From the NCBI RefSeq assembly GCF_018977255.1, contig NW_024704742.1:11782001-11846000 (forward strand): a stretch of DNA of 64,000 nucleotides. The letters run 5' to 3'. This DNA comes from Callorhinchus milii. Lineage: Eukaryota. A program made the translations under genes and the position numbers. Below are positions 1 to 12,105 of the stretch, piece by piece (positions within the stretch are counted from its first letter, which is position 1; the number at the start of each line of letters is the position of its first letter). The notes under the pieces were generated by a model. It ran no database searches and was not told the origin of the DNA. It worked only from the letters and a program-made list of their open reading frames with translations.

Positions 1-134
1 GACTAGATGAGCCTAATTTTTTTTCAGTTTGATGATAAGAGTAAAATACCATCCATCTCCACAGATGTTTCCGATCAGAAGAGAGGCTTGAATGAAGAAG
101 GCTATTGGGCCTTTCTACTCCCATCCTTCCACAA

Positions 135-490
135 TATAATAATATAATATAATCCTTACATTTGATATAGCGCCTTATCACGTCTTCGACACATCTCAAA
201 GTGCTTCACAAAAAATACTGTAAAGTGAATTGACTACATATTTTGTGGACGAAACCTGGCAGCCAATTGTGCACAGCAGTGTCCCACAAACTGTCGTGGA
301 TTGAGCGATCAATTTTGTTTTCTTTTTGTTGAGGAATTATTACCCCCGGAAAAGCAATTCACCAATCGACTAACAACCGGGTTCCTGCTTACAGAGAAGT
401 AAACAGAGGTGCATGGAGTAAGGAAACTTGCCCAACATTTCGCCCTGCCGGGAATCAAACCCAGGTCTCTAACCACTGAACTACAGGTCT
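135..490 (-). mobile_element. tRNA-derived SINE, long-body form, decayed
   Basis: Reverse complement of the window's SINE consensus (TTGGGCAAGTTTCCTTACTCC ... TTTGTGGGACACTGCTGTGC ... ATATCAAATG, ATT tail). Confidence 0.85.
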
Positions 491-1129
491 CCACAGAATA
501 CCTGGAACCTTTTGTTCTGCTGCTTTGGCGCAGGTGAAAGATTTGTTTTGGGTTCACTTTCTCAATCCCAATTAAAATCTTATATGCCTCAATAAGGTTC
601 CCTTGTATTTTTGTCAAATTGCAACTAGTGATGATCCTCTGGGGGTGGATTGGGGGTAGGCAAGTGAGGTATCCTTGGAGCTGAACAAATTTGTGCTGTC
701 AAATGGAATGTCAAATATCTGTGGTGGTCTCAGTAGTCCAGTTCCTAAGCCAGGCGAGTCCACAATACTCCAGGGCACTGCTGCTGACAGACCAACCGAC
801 CTGGATGGACTTGGAGTAGCAGTAGTCACTGGGCACAGTGACTTCCCACTCAACTCCTGTTAACCCTGCAAGCCAAAGCCCAAATGTGTAGAGTGGTCCT
901 AGCTAGACAAGCAACAGGAAGCTTGGCAGATAGTACTCTCAATGGCAAGCTAAGTAGTTTTAGCTGGTTAGACTCAGCAATTACCCCAGCACACACTCTG
1001 GGGTCCCTAAGCATTGCATCTTGCTAAACTGTGCCAAATATTTTTTCCAGAATTAGGGAAGCAGGATGCGTCCTTCCAGCGAGTGAGTGCATTTTCCTTT
1101 CCGAACTTGGAAATTTCCATGTGTAAACA

Positions 1130-1405
1130 CAAAAACAAAAACAAATTACATTTGTACAGCACCTTTCACATCGGGAGGATGTTCCAAGGTGCTGAATAGT
1201 CAGGGATTTGGACCCGAGCTGGGGATTGCGATAGGAGGGTTAGGAGAGCAGGGAGGTTAGGGGAGTGACTGATGGCACGGTTGAAGAGGAGGGTCTTGAG
1301 ATGTGCTTTGAAGGAGCCAAGCAAGGGAGCAAGGCGAAGGGACTGTGGGATTGAGTTCCAAAGGGTGGGGGTGCTATACAAGTATAATTTGTTGTTGTTG
1401 TTGCT
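1130..1405 (-). mobile_element. L2 LINE 3' fragment, with a short plus-strand L2 tail abutting at about 1370-1405
   Basis: Translates to LWNSIPQSLRLAP..FKAHLKTLLF, like the C-terminus of the L2 ORF at 58357-59886. L2-type tail present. Confidence 0.8.
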
Positions 1406-2514
1406 TGGTTGTAAAAGCTGTGATTCTAAGACATAGTGGATTACGGATTCTACAAAAAAAACATGATTTTGGAAACATTTTTCCTTCAAATAGTGACAAC
1501 ATGTATTAATGTGGGTGTGCGAATAACAGGATGTTTATAGATTGCTCTCTCTAAATATAAATTAGCAGGTTGTGCAGCTGGGTGTTGTGACACTGACTTG
1601 AGGGATATAGTTCTTGAATATATGGACTTGGAATATTGTTTGCCCTGTTTTTATTGCAACATTGAAACAGAGAAAGCAAGGCTGTGTTTCATAAGGATCG
1701 TTTCTGAAATTGAACCTTGTTATGTCCTGGTATTTAGCTTGTTTTACAGACATGTATGCTATCCGAATCATAGACAAAACATTAGAGTGCAATCAATCTA
1801 ATTTGCATCTGGATGTGTGAATGATGTTTAACTAAACATGATTAATATGCTCCCTCGCTGAGAACAGATATGTCCTTCAGGTTTTGCTAGGATTCAATAG
1901 GGTTAGCATACTGTGCCAGAACCCTCATTCGATCATGTTGTCACTTTGAGACTTGATTTCTTCAATCCTCCCCGCACTGGACTCCCTAATTCCACACACA
2001 CCCCCATAGAATCTAATGATTATAAATCTCCACAACCCACATCCTCTCCTGTACCAGGCTCCGCATGCCAATTACCCTCAGCAGGTTAAATTGCTCCCAG
2101 TCCTTTAACGGATTAACTTCTGGATTCTTAACCAGACCTTCAAATCCATTCACAAATGTGTCTTACAAAATGTTTGCTCAACCAAACTCTTCTGCCAGTA
2201 GCTTCTCCATTTCCAAATACTACTCCACCAAGTCATGTACATGACTTGTACAGTTGTTCCACCACCAGTGCTGATCTTAAACTACTATGCCCCCACTCTC
2301 TAGACCTCACTAAAATCTCTTCACCTTGTTTCTTCTCTCCCAATTCTGTTAATATTTTTTGTTAAGTTTGCTTTTGGTCAACACCCTCTATTATGCTATT
2401 TGAGTTACAAACAAACACAGGAGAGTAACCAATCAATTTTCATCTGGGTGTATCCAACCTTGTTTTATTCTACCTTCCATTTAGTCACCCTCTCATTAGC
2501 TCCCTGCTTGATGA

Positions 2515-2632
2515 TGATAATAATATTCCTTGCATCTGATATAGCTCCTTATCACATCATTGCGATGTCTCAAAGTGCTTCAAGGATATATTGTAAAGTG
2601 GTTTGACTGTGGATTTTGCGGGTGAAATATCT
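2515..2632 (-). mobile_element. SINE 3' part, interrupted by CR1 and resuming at about 5150-5200
   Basis: The SINE tail sequence stops at the CR1 start. CACAGCAATGTCCCAC...GTGACCAA resumes directly after the CR1 tail. Confidence 0.7.
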
Positions 2633-5149
2633 ATCAAGGTATAAATCAGGAAATTACCAGAGCATGTAGTAAAGGAAAAACATTAATTGTGGGTGATTTT
2701 AATTGCACATAGATTGGGACAACCAAATTGGGAAAAGTATGATAGAGGAAGAGTTTATAGAATGTATTAGGGATAATTATCTAGATCAGTATGCCGAGGA
2801 GCCAACCAGGGAAAAGGCCATATTAGACCTTGTTTTGTGCAATGAAGCACGGCTGATCAGCAAACTGGAAATTAAGGCTCCTCTAGGGCAAAGTGATCAT
2901 AATACGATGGAATTTAGCATTACGTTAGAGAGAGAAATAGTTAAGTCCGAAGCAAAGGTTTTAAATTGAAGTAGAGCCAATTTTGCTGGTATGAGAGAGG
3001 ATTTAGCCAAAATAAACTGGGAAATTAGACTGAAGGATTTGACAGTAGACCAGCAATGGCAGACGTTTAAGGAGATAGTGCAAATTCCCAGCGAGCACGT
3101 ATTCCTTTGAGGAATAAGAATGCCACGGGAAAGGTGGCCCCACCGTGGCTAACTAGAGCAGTTAGGGAAAGTATAAAGTTAAAGGAAGAAGCCTATAAAA
3201 CAGCTAAGATGAGTAGTAAACCCGAGGATTGGGAGAACTTTAGGGATCAACAAAGGAGAACCAAAAAAGTGATTAAGAGGGAGAAAATGGAATATGAGGG
3301 CAAACTAGCAAGGAACATAAAGACAGACTGCAAGAGTTTTTATAAATATATAAAAAGAGGCTGTCAAAGGTAAATGTGGGTCTGCTACAGGCAGAGACGG
3401 GGGGAATTATAGTAGGGGACAAAGACATGGCAGAGTCATTAAACAAGTACTTTGCTACTGTCTTCACCTTAGAAGACACTGAAAACCTACCAAGAATAGA
3501 GGGGAACCAAGAAGAAAATGTTAGCGAGCAACTTGGAGGAATTAATATTAGTAAAGAAATGGTTTTAGGTAAATTATCAGGTCTTAAAACTGATAAATCT
3601 CCTGGACCTGATGGCCTACATCCTAGGGTTTTAAAAGAGGTGGCTACTGAGATAGTGGATGGCTTGTCTTTGATCTTCCAAAATTCTCTGGATTCTGGAA
3701 CGGTTCCCATTGATTGGAAGATTGCAAACGTGACACCACTATTTAAGAAGGGTGGGAGAGAAAAGATGGGGAACTATAGACCAGTTAGTCTGACATCAGT
3801 GGTAGGGAAAATTCTTGAGTCCTTAATTAAGGATGTCGTTATGGGATTCCTGGAAGACCATAACAAGATTAGGCAGAGTCAACATGGCTTTACAAAAGGG
3901 AAGTCATGCTTAACTAATCTTTTAGAGTTTTTTGAAGATGTATCTAGCAGGTTAGATAGGGGGAACCAGTAGATGTAGTATATTTAGATTTTAAAAAGGC
4001 ATTTGACAAAGTGCCACACAAAAGGCTATTGCACAAGGTTAAGGCCCACGGGATTAATGGGAACATATTAGCATGGATTGAAGAGTGGCTAACGGGTAGA
4101 AAACAGAGTAGGGATAAACGGGTAATTCTCGAATTGGCGGGATGTGACTAGTGGAGTGCCACAAGGATCAGTGCTTGGCCTCAGCTATTTACAATTTACG
4201 TCAATGATCTAGACGAGGACGTTGAATGTAATGTATCTAAATTCGCGGATGACACTAAACTAGGTGGGAGAGTAAGCTCTGAGGATGATGCAAAAAGATT
4301 GCAATGGGATATAGATAGGCTCGGTGAGTGGCAGATGGAATTTAATGTGAGGAAGTGTGAAGATATTCACCTAGGTAGCAAAAATAGAAAAACAGATTAT
4401 TTTCTAGAGTGGGAGAGATTAGATAGTGTTAGTGTGCAGTGGGATTTGGGTGTCCTTGTTCACCAGTCTCAAAAATTTAGTTTGCAGGTGCAGCAAGCAA
4501 CTAAGAAGGCGAACGGCATGTTAGCGTTCATTGCAAAAGGTTTAGAGTACAAGAATAGGGAAGTCTTGCTGCAACTGTATAGGGCCTTGTTGAGTCCGCA
4601 CCTAGAATATTGTGTGCAGTTTTGGTCTCCTTATCTAAAAAAGGACATACTTGCCCTAGAGGCAGTGCAGCGTAGATTCACGAGGTTAGTTCCTGGGATG
4701 AGTGGACTGACCTATGAGGATAGGCTGAATAAACTAGGGCTGTATTCTCTAGAGTACAGAAGAATTAGGGGAGATCTTATTGAAACATATAAGATCCTTA
4801 AAGGGCTGAATAAAGTAGACACTGAAGGTCTGTTTCCCCTGGTAGGAGAATCTATAACCAGGGGTTACAGTCTTAAAATTAATGATCAGCCTTTTAGAAC
4901 AGAGTTGAGGAAACATTTCTTCATTTATGGAATTCACTACCCCAGAAGGCTGTAGATGCTCAGTCCTTGAACATCTTCAAGGCTGAGACTGATAGATTTT
5001 TAAAAAAACAGAGGGATTAGAGGATATGGGGAAAGGGCAGGTAATTAGAGTTAGGTCGGAAGATCAGCCATGATCTTATCGAATGGTGGGGTAGGCTCGA
5101 GGGGCCGAATGGCCTACTCCTGCTCCTAATTCTTATGTTCTTATGTTCT
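2633..5149 (+). mobile_element. CR1 LINE, 5'-truncated and defective (part of endonuclease, RT, 3' UTR)
   Basis: ORF pieces GDFNLHIDW, EPTREKAILDLVL, KSPGPDGLHP, NYRPVSLTS, QHGF..KSCLTNL, FADDTK (about 4242) and LEYCVQFWSP. Ends in TTCTTATGTTCTTATGTTCT. Contains stops and frameshifts. Confidence 0.95.
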
Positions 5150-5596
5150 AGTCCACAGCAATGTCCCACCAACAGTATTGGAGTAAGTGACCAATTGTTA
5201 TTTTGATGATAGCTACCCATCATCTTTATCAAGCGTTTTAAGATAATCAGCCAGTGTTAAAGGAGTTATCAAAATGCAAGTTATCTTTTATAAACTAGAA
5301 CCATGTCCTCTTGGATAACGAGTGACTGTCATACAAGCATTCATATAAATTACAGAATCTAACATTCCAATCTTTGATAATTAATGTGTTATTGTGCAGT
5401 CTCCAACCTTGATTTATTTTTTGTCAGAAAACACAGATTTTGACTAATTGAACTAAAATGAGTTTACGAATAGACAGAGCAGTCAAAGTAAAACAACTAT
5501 TAAAAGCAAAAGCAATTAGATAGCAAATGTAAAATAAACAAAATTTTGTGTGTTGAACAACAACAACAAAATCTTACATTTGTATAAGTGCCTTTC

Positions 5597-6612
5597 GAGT
5601 CTTACCTCACGAACCGCCAGCAGTGCATCTCCAGAAATGGCTTCTCCTCCCGCTCTCACCTGTGGGGTACCCCAAGGATCCAACCTTGGCCCACTCCTCT
5701 TTCTAATCTATATGCTCCCTCTTGGGGATGTCATCAGCAGACATGGGGTACACTTCCACATATATGCAGACGACATCCAATTCTATTTTTCCACCTCACT
5801 TTACGACCCTGTCAGACATCAGGAGCAGGATGAGCGTGAATTTCCTTCAGCTAAATGTTGACAAGATGGAAGCCAAACTCTTTGGCTTTCGTCAAAGTCT
5901 AAAATCACATGGTTCTCACCTCCTCCATCTAAAACTCTCTAAATCCGTACGGAACCTAGGCTTAAGGTTCGACCTCCAATTATCCTTCCTCCACCACATC
6001 CAGTCCCTCACCAGCACCGCTTCCTTCCACCTCCGACGCATCACCCATCTTCGCGAATACCTCACTCCAAAAGTCCCCAAAACCCTGGTCCATGCCTTTG
6101 TCATCTCTCGGCTGGACTATTCAAACGCCCTCCTCGCCGGTCTCCCCTCCACTACCATTCATAAAATCCAGGTCATCCAAAACTCTGCCGCCCGCATTCT
6201 CACCCTCACCAAACTCTGCTCCCCGATTACCCCAGTCCTTGTCAGACTGCACTGGCTGCCCATCCCAGTGAGGATCGACCTCAAGTTCCTCATCCTTGTC
6301 TTCAAATCGCACCACTCCTCTGTACCCTCCCAACCTCTCTAACCTCCTCTTTCCTCACAACAGTGGCCGCTGCCTTCACTCCACCGGGTTCTTGTACCCT
6401 GAATCCACTGCTCCACCATCGGCGGCCGTGTCTTCAGTCACTATGTCCCGAGGCTCTGGAACTCCCTTCCTGACTCCTTTCTTTTCGACCGTGCCTTTGG
6501 TCACCTTCCTCCCCTTCCCCTGGCTCAGCCCCGGGATCCATTATTGTGAAGCGCTCTGAGACGCCGTCCAGCGTGGAGGGTGCTATATAAATCCAAGTTG
6601 TTGTTGTTGTTG
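5597..6612 (+). mobile_element. L2 LINE, 5'-truncated, nested in the 3' end of a minus-strand L2
   Basis: [34 protein letters not shown]; (TTG)n tail at about 6598-6612. Confidence 0.9.
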
Positions 6613-7662
6613 TTTCATGTCAGAAGGATGTCCCAAGATGCTGGATGGTAAGGGATCAGCACCCGAGCTGGTGGTTGGGATCAGAAGGTGTGGAGGGTAG
6701 GGAGGGTAGCAGTAGGAGGGTGACCAAAGGCACAGTTGAAGAGGAGCATCTTGAGATGGACTTTGAAGGAGTTAAGGGAGGGGGTGAGGTGGAGGGACTG
6801 TGGGATGGAGTTCCTGAGGGTGGGGGCAGAGAGGCTGAAGGCCTGCCCGCCAATGGTGGGGGAGGCAAGCCGGGGACATAAAGCAGGCCAGAGCCCACTG
6901 AGCTGAGGGAGCAAGCAGATTGTTAGGGGGTTAAGAGGTCATAGAAGTAGGGAGGAGCAAGGCCGTGGAGAGCTTTGAAGGTGAGGACAAAGATCTTGAA
7001 CTGTATCCTCTGAGTGAGGGGAGCCAGGTGAGGATGGAGATGATAGGGTGGAGCAGTCTGGTGCAGGAGAGGACATGAACTGCAGAGTTGTGGATGATCT
7101 GCAGCCTGTGGATGGAGGAATTGGGGAAGAGAACAAGCAGAGAGTTTGCGTAGTCGGACCTAGATGTGATGAACATGTGGATGAGGGTCTCACTGGCCTG
7201 TGACGAGAGACAGTATCAGAAAGTCAGAGCGGGTTTTGATGCGGATGTGGGGGATGAAGGACAGTTGAGAGTCGAACAGGATGCCAAGGTCCATAAAGCG
7301 AGATGCTATCAGCACTCAAGGTTTGGAGCCGCTGATGGGAGCCAAGCAGGAGAGTCTTGGTCTTGCTGACATTGAACTGGAGGAAGTTTGCTCTTATCTA
7401 GGACTTGATATCTAACAAACCTTCTGTCAGGACAGCAGTGGTTGTGGAGTCGAGGTTGGAGGCGGAGAGATTGGATGGTTGAGTGGTGGTTGAGTCGAGG
7501 TTAGGTGTCAACAACATACATGTGGAAATTGACTCCATGTCTACGGATGGTGTCACCAACAGGGAGCATGTAAATGTTGGAAAGGAGAGGACCAAGAACA
7601 GAGCCCTTACGGATGCCACACATGATGATACGACAGCTAGAGATGAAGCTGTTAGTGGGCAC
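6613..7662 (-). mobile_element. L2 LINE, 5'-truncated; its terminal tail lies at about 5556-5596
   Basis: L2 RT C-terminal motifs (GQAFSLSAPTL, FKVHLKMLLF, ITSRSDYANSLL). The 3' end continues on the far side of the nested plus-strand L2. Confidence 0.85.
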
Positions 7663-7844
7663 AAATAGTACTATGAACTAGAACAAATAAAAATTGCCTT
7701 GGAATGAATCTCATAAATGAGTTCAATTGTTTTGAGAAATGAGGATCTTTTAAGAAATAGGATGTCTCAGCTTTCAGAATGAAATACTATGAAAGCTTTT
7801 CAGAAACTTGCCAGCGCTGTCCCTCCAAACAAATGCTGACACTC

Positions 7845-8195
7845 AACAACAACTTGGATTTATGTAGTGCCCTCCACGCCAGACAGCGTCTCAGAGCACT
7901 TTACAGTAACGGATCCCGAGACCAAGCTAGGGGGAGGGGGAGGAAGGTGCGGTTGAAAAGAATGGTCTTCAGCCGAGACCTGAAAATAGAAAGAGAGGGG
8001 ACGAGGTGAAGGGAGAGAGGAAGGGAGTTCCAGAGCCTCGGGGCATAGTGGCTGAAGGCACGGCCACCGAGGGTGGAGAAGAAGACTTTGGGGACAAGGA
8101 GCAGGCCAGACCCGGTGGAACGAAGGCAACGGGCACTGTTGTGAGGAGAGAGGATGTCAGAGAGGTAGTGGAGGGATTTGAAGACAAGGGTAAGA
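7845..8195 (-). mobile_element. L2 LINE 3' fragment
   Basis: GGRAFSHYAPRLWNSLP..FRSRLKTILF, followed by an L2 tail. Confidence 0.85.
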
Positions 8196-8377
8196 CTCAA
8201 CCAAAGAATGAAGGAAAGATATCCCCTTCTAGCTAGAAATGCTTCTGTTAGGATTCAGTCCTTGTTTTTGCATAGATACAAGGTGCATTGTATTTATAAA
8301 TGTCTCACCTTTCATCAAGATGAGTTATTGCAAAATAAATTCCATCTAGAGATAAGGAATGAAGATAATACTAAATT

Positions 8378-8692
8378 GTCCTGTAGCTCAGTGGTTAGAG
8401 CACTCGCTTTGCAAGCGAGAGACCTGAGTTCAATTCCAGGCAGAGGGCGAAACCTTGGGCAAGTTTCCTTACTCCACACAGAGCCTAGTAATAATCCCTC
8501 CAAAAATCAAAAACAATAATAAATTTTCAATCTACGACTGTTTGTGGAACATTGCTGTGCGCAATTGGCTGCTGCGTTCGCCCACAAATATACAGTCAAT
8601 TCACTTTACGGTGTGTTCTGTGAAGCGCTTTGGGACGTCCTCCCAACGTGAAAAGCGCTAGATCAAATGCAAGGATTATTATTATTATTATT
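8378..8692 (+). mobile_element. tRNA-derived SINE, short-body form, near full length
   Basis: GTCCTGTAGCTCAGTGGTTAGAGC (A box), CTCGC-TTTGCAA-GCGAG anticodon-like arm, GAGTTCAATTCC (B box), Deu-like body, L2-type stem-loop, (ATT)n. Confidence 0.95.
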
Positions 8693-9239
8693 TGAACCAC
8701 CTTTTGAAGGCTTTTGGACTCTGGCAGCAAATGACATGTTAAGGTATTCTGATTTTCAACAGAAGAACTCCAGCAAACAACACTATCAAGTCTCTGATGA
8801 ACCTTTTCACCAAAATACATTCTGTGTCAGTCAGGCAGACTAATAACTACTGTTGGGAAGTTTTGCCACTCTAAGTACCATAGAAACAGGAGGAGGCCAT
8901 TCAGCTCCTCGAGCCTGTTCTGCCATTCTATAAAATCATGGCTGATCTGTACCTCAAGTCCAAATACTCACCCTTCAGGCATGATGTCAATGCTCAAGAA
9001 CAGATCACTTGTGCAATTGTTTTATCATCTAAACATTCCTTAAGCATTCCTGTATCAGTCTCTTCATATATTAGATGCAAATTTAAATAATGGTAATACA
9101 TGTATTTGATATCATTGTAAGGTCAGGAGAATGTGTCTGTGCGGCTCACAGGATATACAGTAAAGTGTAGTGACTGTATTTTGTTGGTGAGCGCCTACAA
9201 TTTCCCTCTTTGTACAATAATGTATTATACAATACAAAA

Positions 9240-9458
9240 TTATATTTGTGTCGTGCCTTTCACATCGGGAGGACGGCTCAAGGTGTTGGACAGTCAGGGA
9301 TTTGGACCCAAGCTGGGGGTCAGGATCGGGGAGGGTGGAGGGTAGGAGGGTGGCGGAAGACTTGATCAAAGAGGAGGGTTTTGAGAAGTGCATTGAAGGA
9401 GGTAAGGGAGAGAACTACGCAAGGGAATGTGGGATGGAGTTGCATGGGATTGGGCTAG
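9240..9458 (-). mobile_element. Older L2 3' end
   Basis: Second, diverged copy of the L2 3' UTR (GCCTTTCACATCGGGAGGAC...) in tandem with the element at 9459. Confidence 0.7.
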
Positions 9459-10625
9459 AACAACAACAACAAGATTTCATTTATAGAGCGCCTTTCACAT
9501 CGGGAGGACATCCCAAGGCTCTGGACAGTTGGGTCAGGACCCAAGCAGGGGGGAAATGGTCAGGGTGAGGGGAGGGAAGGGAGGGAGCGAGGAGGGGGTA
9601 GAGAGTCGAGAGGGGAACTGAAGCCGCGGTCAAAGAGAAAGGTCTTGAGACCGGCCTTGAAGAAGGAAAGGGAGGAGGCAAGGCGAAGGCACTGGGGGAT
9701 GGAGTTCCAGAGCCTAGGGGCTGAGAGGCTGAAGGCCCGGCCACCGATGGTAGGGCGGTTGGGGCGGGGGATGTAGAGCAGACCGGAGCCAGAGGAACGG
9801 AGGGTACGGACAGGTAGGCAGGGGGATAGTAGGTTGGAGAGGTAGGAGGGAGCGAGGCCGTGAATGGCCTTGTAGGTGAGGATGAGGATCTTGAATTTGA
9901 TCCTCTGGGTGATGGGGAGCCAGTGGAGGTGAGCGAGGGTGGGAGTGATGTGGTCCCGAAGCCTGGTGCGGGACAGTACACGAGCTGCAGAGTTCTGAAT
10001 GACCTGCAGCTTGTGGAGGGAGGTGCCGGGAAGGCCGGCGAGGAGAGAGTTCCCATAGTCCAGCCTTGAGGTGATAAAGATGTGGACCAGATTTTCAGCA
10101 GCGTGAGGGGTGAGGTAATGCCGTAGTCTGGCGATGTTCCGGAGGTGATGGAATTCGGTGCCAATTGTGGCGCGGATATGAGGAAGAAAGGACAGCTCAG
10201 GGTCGAACAGAACACCGAGGTTCCTGACTGGCTTTGAGAGGTGGAGAGTGCAGCCTTGGATGCTGATGCTGTCAGCGCCTGAGTTGCGGAGGCGCTGACG
10301 TGAGCCAATCAGGAGGGCCTCAGTTTTGCGCACGTTGAGCTGAAGAAACTTATCTCTCGTCCAGGACTCGATGTCGGACAGGCAGCTGTCAGGACATCGG
10401 TGGTCGTGGAGTTGAGGGTAGAGGAGGAAAGGTAGAGTTGCGTCTCATCCGCATACATGTGGAAGTTAACCCCATGTCTGCGGATGATGTCACCAAGGGG
10501 GAGCATATAGAGGGTGAAGAGGAGGGGACCGAGGACAGAGCCCTGAGGGACACCACACGAGACAGTGCGGGGGCTGGAGGTAAAGCCGTTTGTGGAAACA
10601 AAATGAAGACGGTGGGAGAGGTACT
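9459..10625 (-). mobile_element. L2 LINE, 5'-truncated, young
   Basis: ORFs 9560-10333 and 10309-10506 ([34 protein letters not shown]) are nearly identical to 58357-59886; (TTG)n tail. Confidence 0.95.
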
Positions 10626-10637
10626 ATAGAAAGTACA

Positions 10638-10954
10638 AATAATAATAATAATCCTTGCATTCAATATAGCACTTTTCACGTCTTCTAAACGTCTCAAAGT
10701 GCTTCACAGAGTATGCCGTAAAGTGAATTGACTGTATATTTGTGGGTGAAATGTGGCAGCCAATTGCGCACAGCAGTGTCCCACAAACAGTCATGGATTG
10801 AAAATGACCAATTTAATATTGTTTTTGGTTTTGGAGGGATTATTATTAGACGTGTGGAGTAAGGAAACTTGCCCAAGGTTTCGCCCTGCCTGGAATTGAA
10901 CCCAGGTATCTCGCTTGCAAGCCGAGTGCTCTAACCACTGAGCTACAGGACTCC
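10638..10954 (-). mobile_element. tRNA-derived SINE, short-body form, full length
   Basis: Complete head (GGAGTCCTGTAGCTCAG) through (ATT)n tail. Confidence 0.95.
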
Positions 10955-11214
10955 ACCGCTAAAGTGATATTTCCATTTCACATACAGGCCATCTTGGTCA
11001 TCTCTCTGGGTGAAATAATTAATCGTCAGCTTGATGCTCTTTTGGACAGATGGAGACCAAACTAAGTATTAAAACTGAAGACAGCATTGTAATGTATAGC
11101 AGCAAATGGGGTGAGACCGTATATGGCAGAACCTGGTAAGACCTCCATGCAATTTATCATTTGTACAGTTACATACAGGCACACGTACACGCACACTCAC
11201 AGGGATGCACAGCA

Positions 11215-12065
11215 TAATAATAATAATCCTTGCATTTGATATAAATATAAACCAGGCTCCGTGACCCCATCACTCCCACCCTCACCCAACTCCACCGGCT
11301 CCCCATTCCTCAGAGGGTCGAATTCAATATCCTCATCCTCACTTTCAAGGTCATTCATGGCCTTGCCCCCTCCTAACTCTCTGATCTGCTGACTCCATAC
11401 CAACCGGCCCGCTCCCTCTGTTCAGTGGACTCCAGTCTGCTCCATGTCTCCCGCCCGACCCGCCCTATCATCGATGGCCGGGCTTTCAGCCTCTCTGCCC
11501 CCACACTCTGGAACTCCATCCCACGGTCTCTTCACCTCGCTTCCTCCCTTGCCTCTTTCAAGGCCGGAGTCAAGACCCTCCTCTTTGATCGTGCCTTCGA
11601 TCGCCCTCCCACCACTCTGCCTTCCCTCACCCCTACCCCACCCCTCCCCCATGCTCGGGTCTTGAACCCTGACTATCCAGCGCCTTGGGAAGTCCTCCCG
11701 ACGTGAAAGATGCTCTATAAATTTTATTTTGTTGTTGATATAGCGCCTTATCACGTCTTTGAGACATTTCAAAACGTTTCATAGAATATACTGTAAAGTG
11801 AATTGACTGTTTATTTTGCGGGTGAAACTCGGCAGCCAATTGCGCACAGCAGTGTCCCACAAACAGTGGTGGATTGAATAACCAATTTATCATTTTTTTA
11901 AGGAATTATTACTCCCGGAAGAACGATCCACCAATCGGCTAAAAACTAGGTTCCTACTTACTGCTAGGTAAACAGAGGCGTGTGGAGTAAGGAAACTTGT
12001 CCAATATTTCACTGGGAATCGAACCCAGGTCACTCGCTTGTGTGGCCATTGAGTTACAGGACTCC
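11215..12065 (-). mobile_element. SINE (long-body form) with a plus-strand L2 3' fragment (about 11250-11735) nested in its tail
   Basis: The SINE tail breaks at TTGATATA and resumes at TTGATATAGCGCC after the L2 (TTG)n tail. Confidence 0.85.
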
Positions 12066-12068
12066 AGA

Positions 12069-12105
12069 GGACCATACACAGGACCATACACAGCACCATA
12101 CACAG
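12069..12105. repeat. Short tandem repeat, (GGACCATACACA) x3, imperfect
   Basis: Visible directly in the sequence. Confidence 0.8.

Noticed and set aside
8378..8450. tRNA-Ala gene
   Set aside because: The tRNA-like sequence runs directly into the SINE body in every copy, with no complete acceptor stem or terminator. It is a SINE head.
9481..10308. Long Ser/Pro-rich ORFs (also 58395-59096 and 43811-44515)
   Set aside because: Alternative frames of C-rich L2 sequence.
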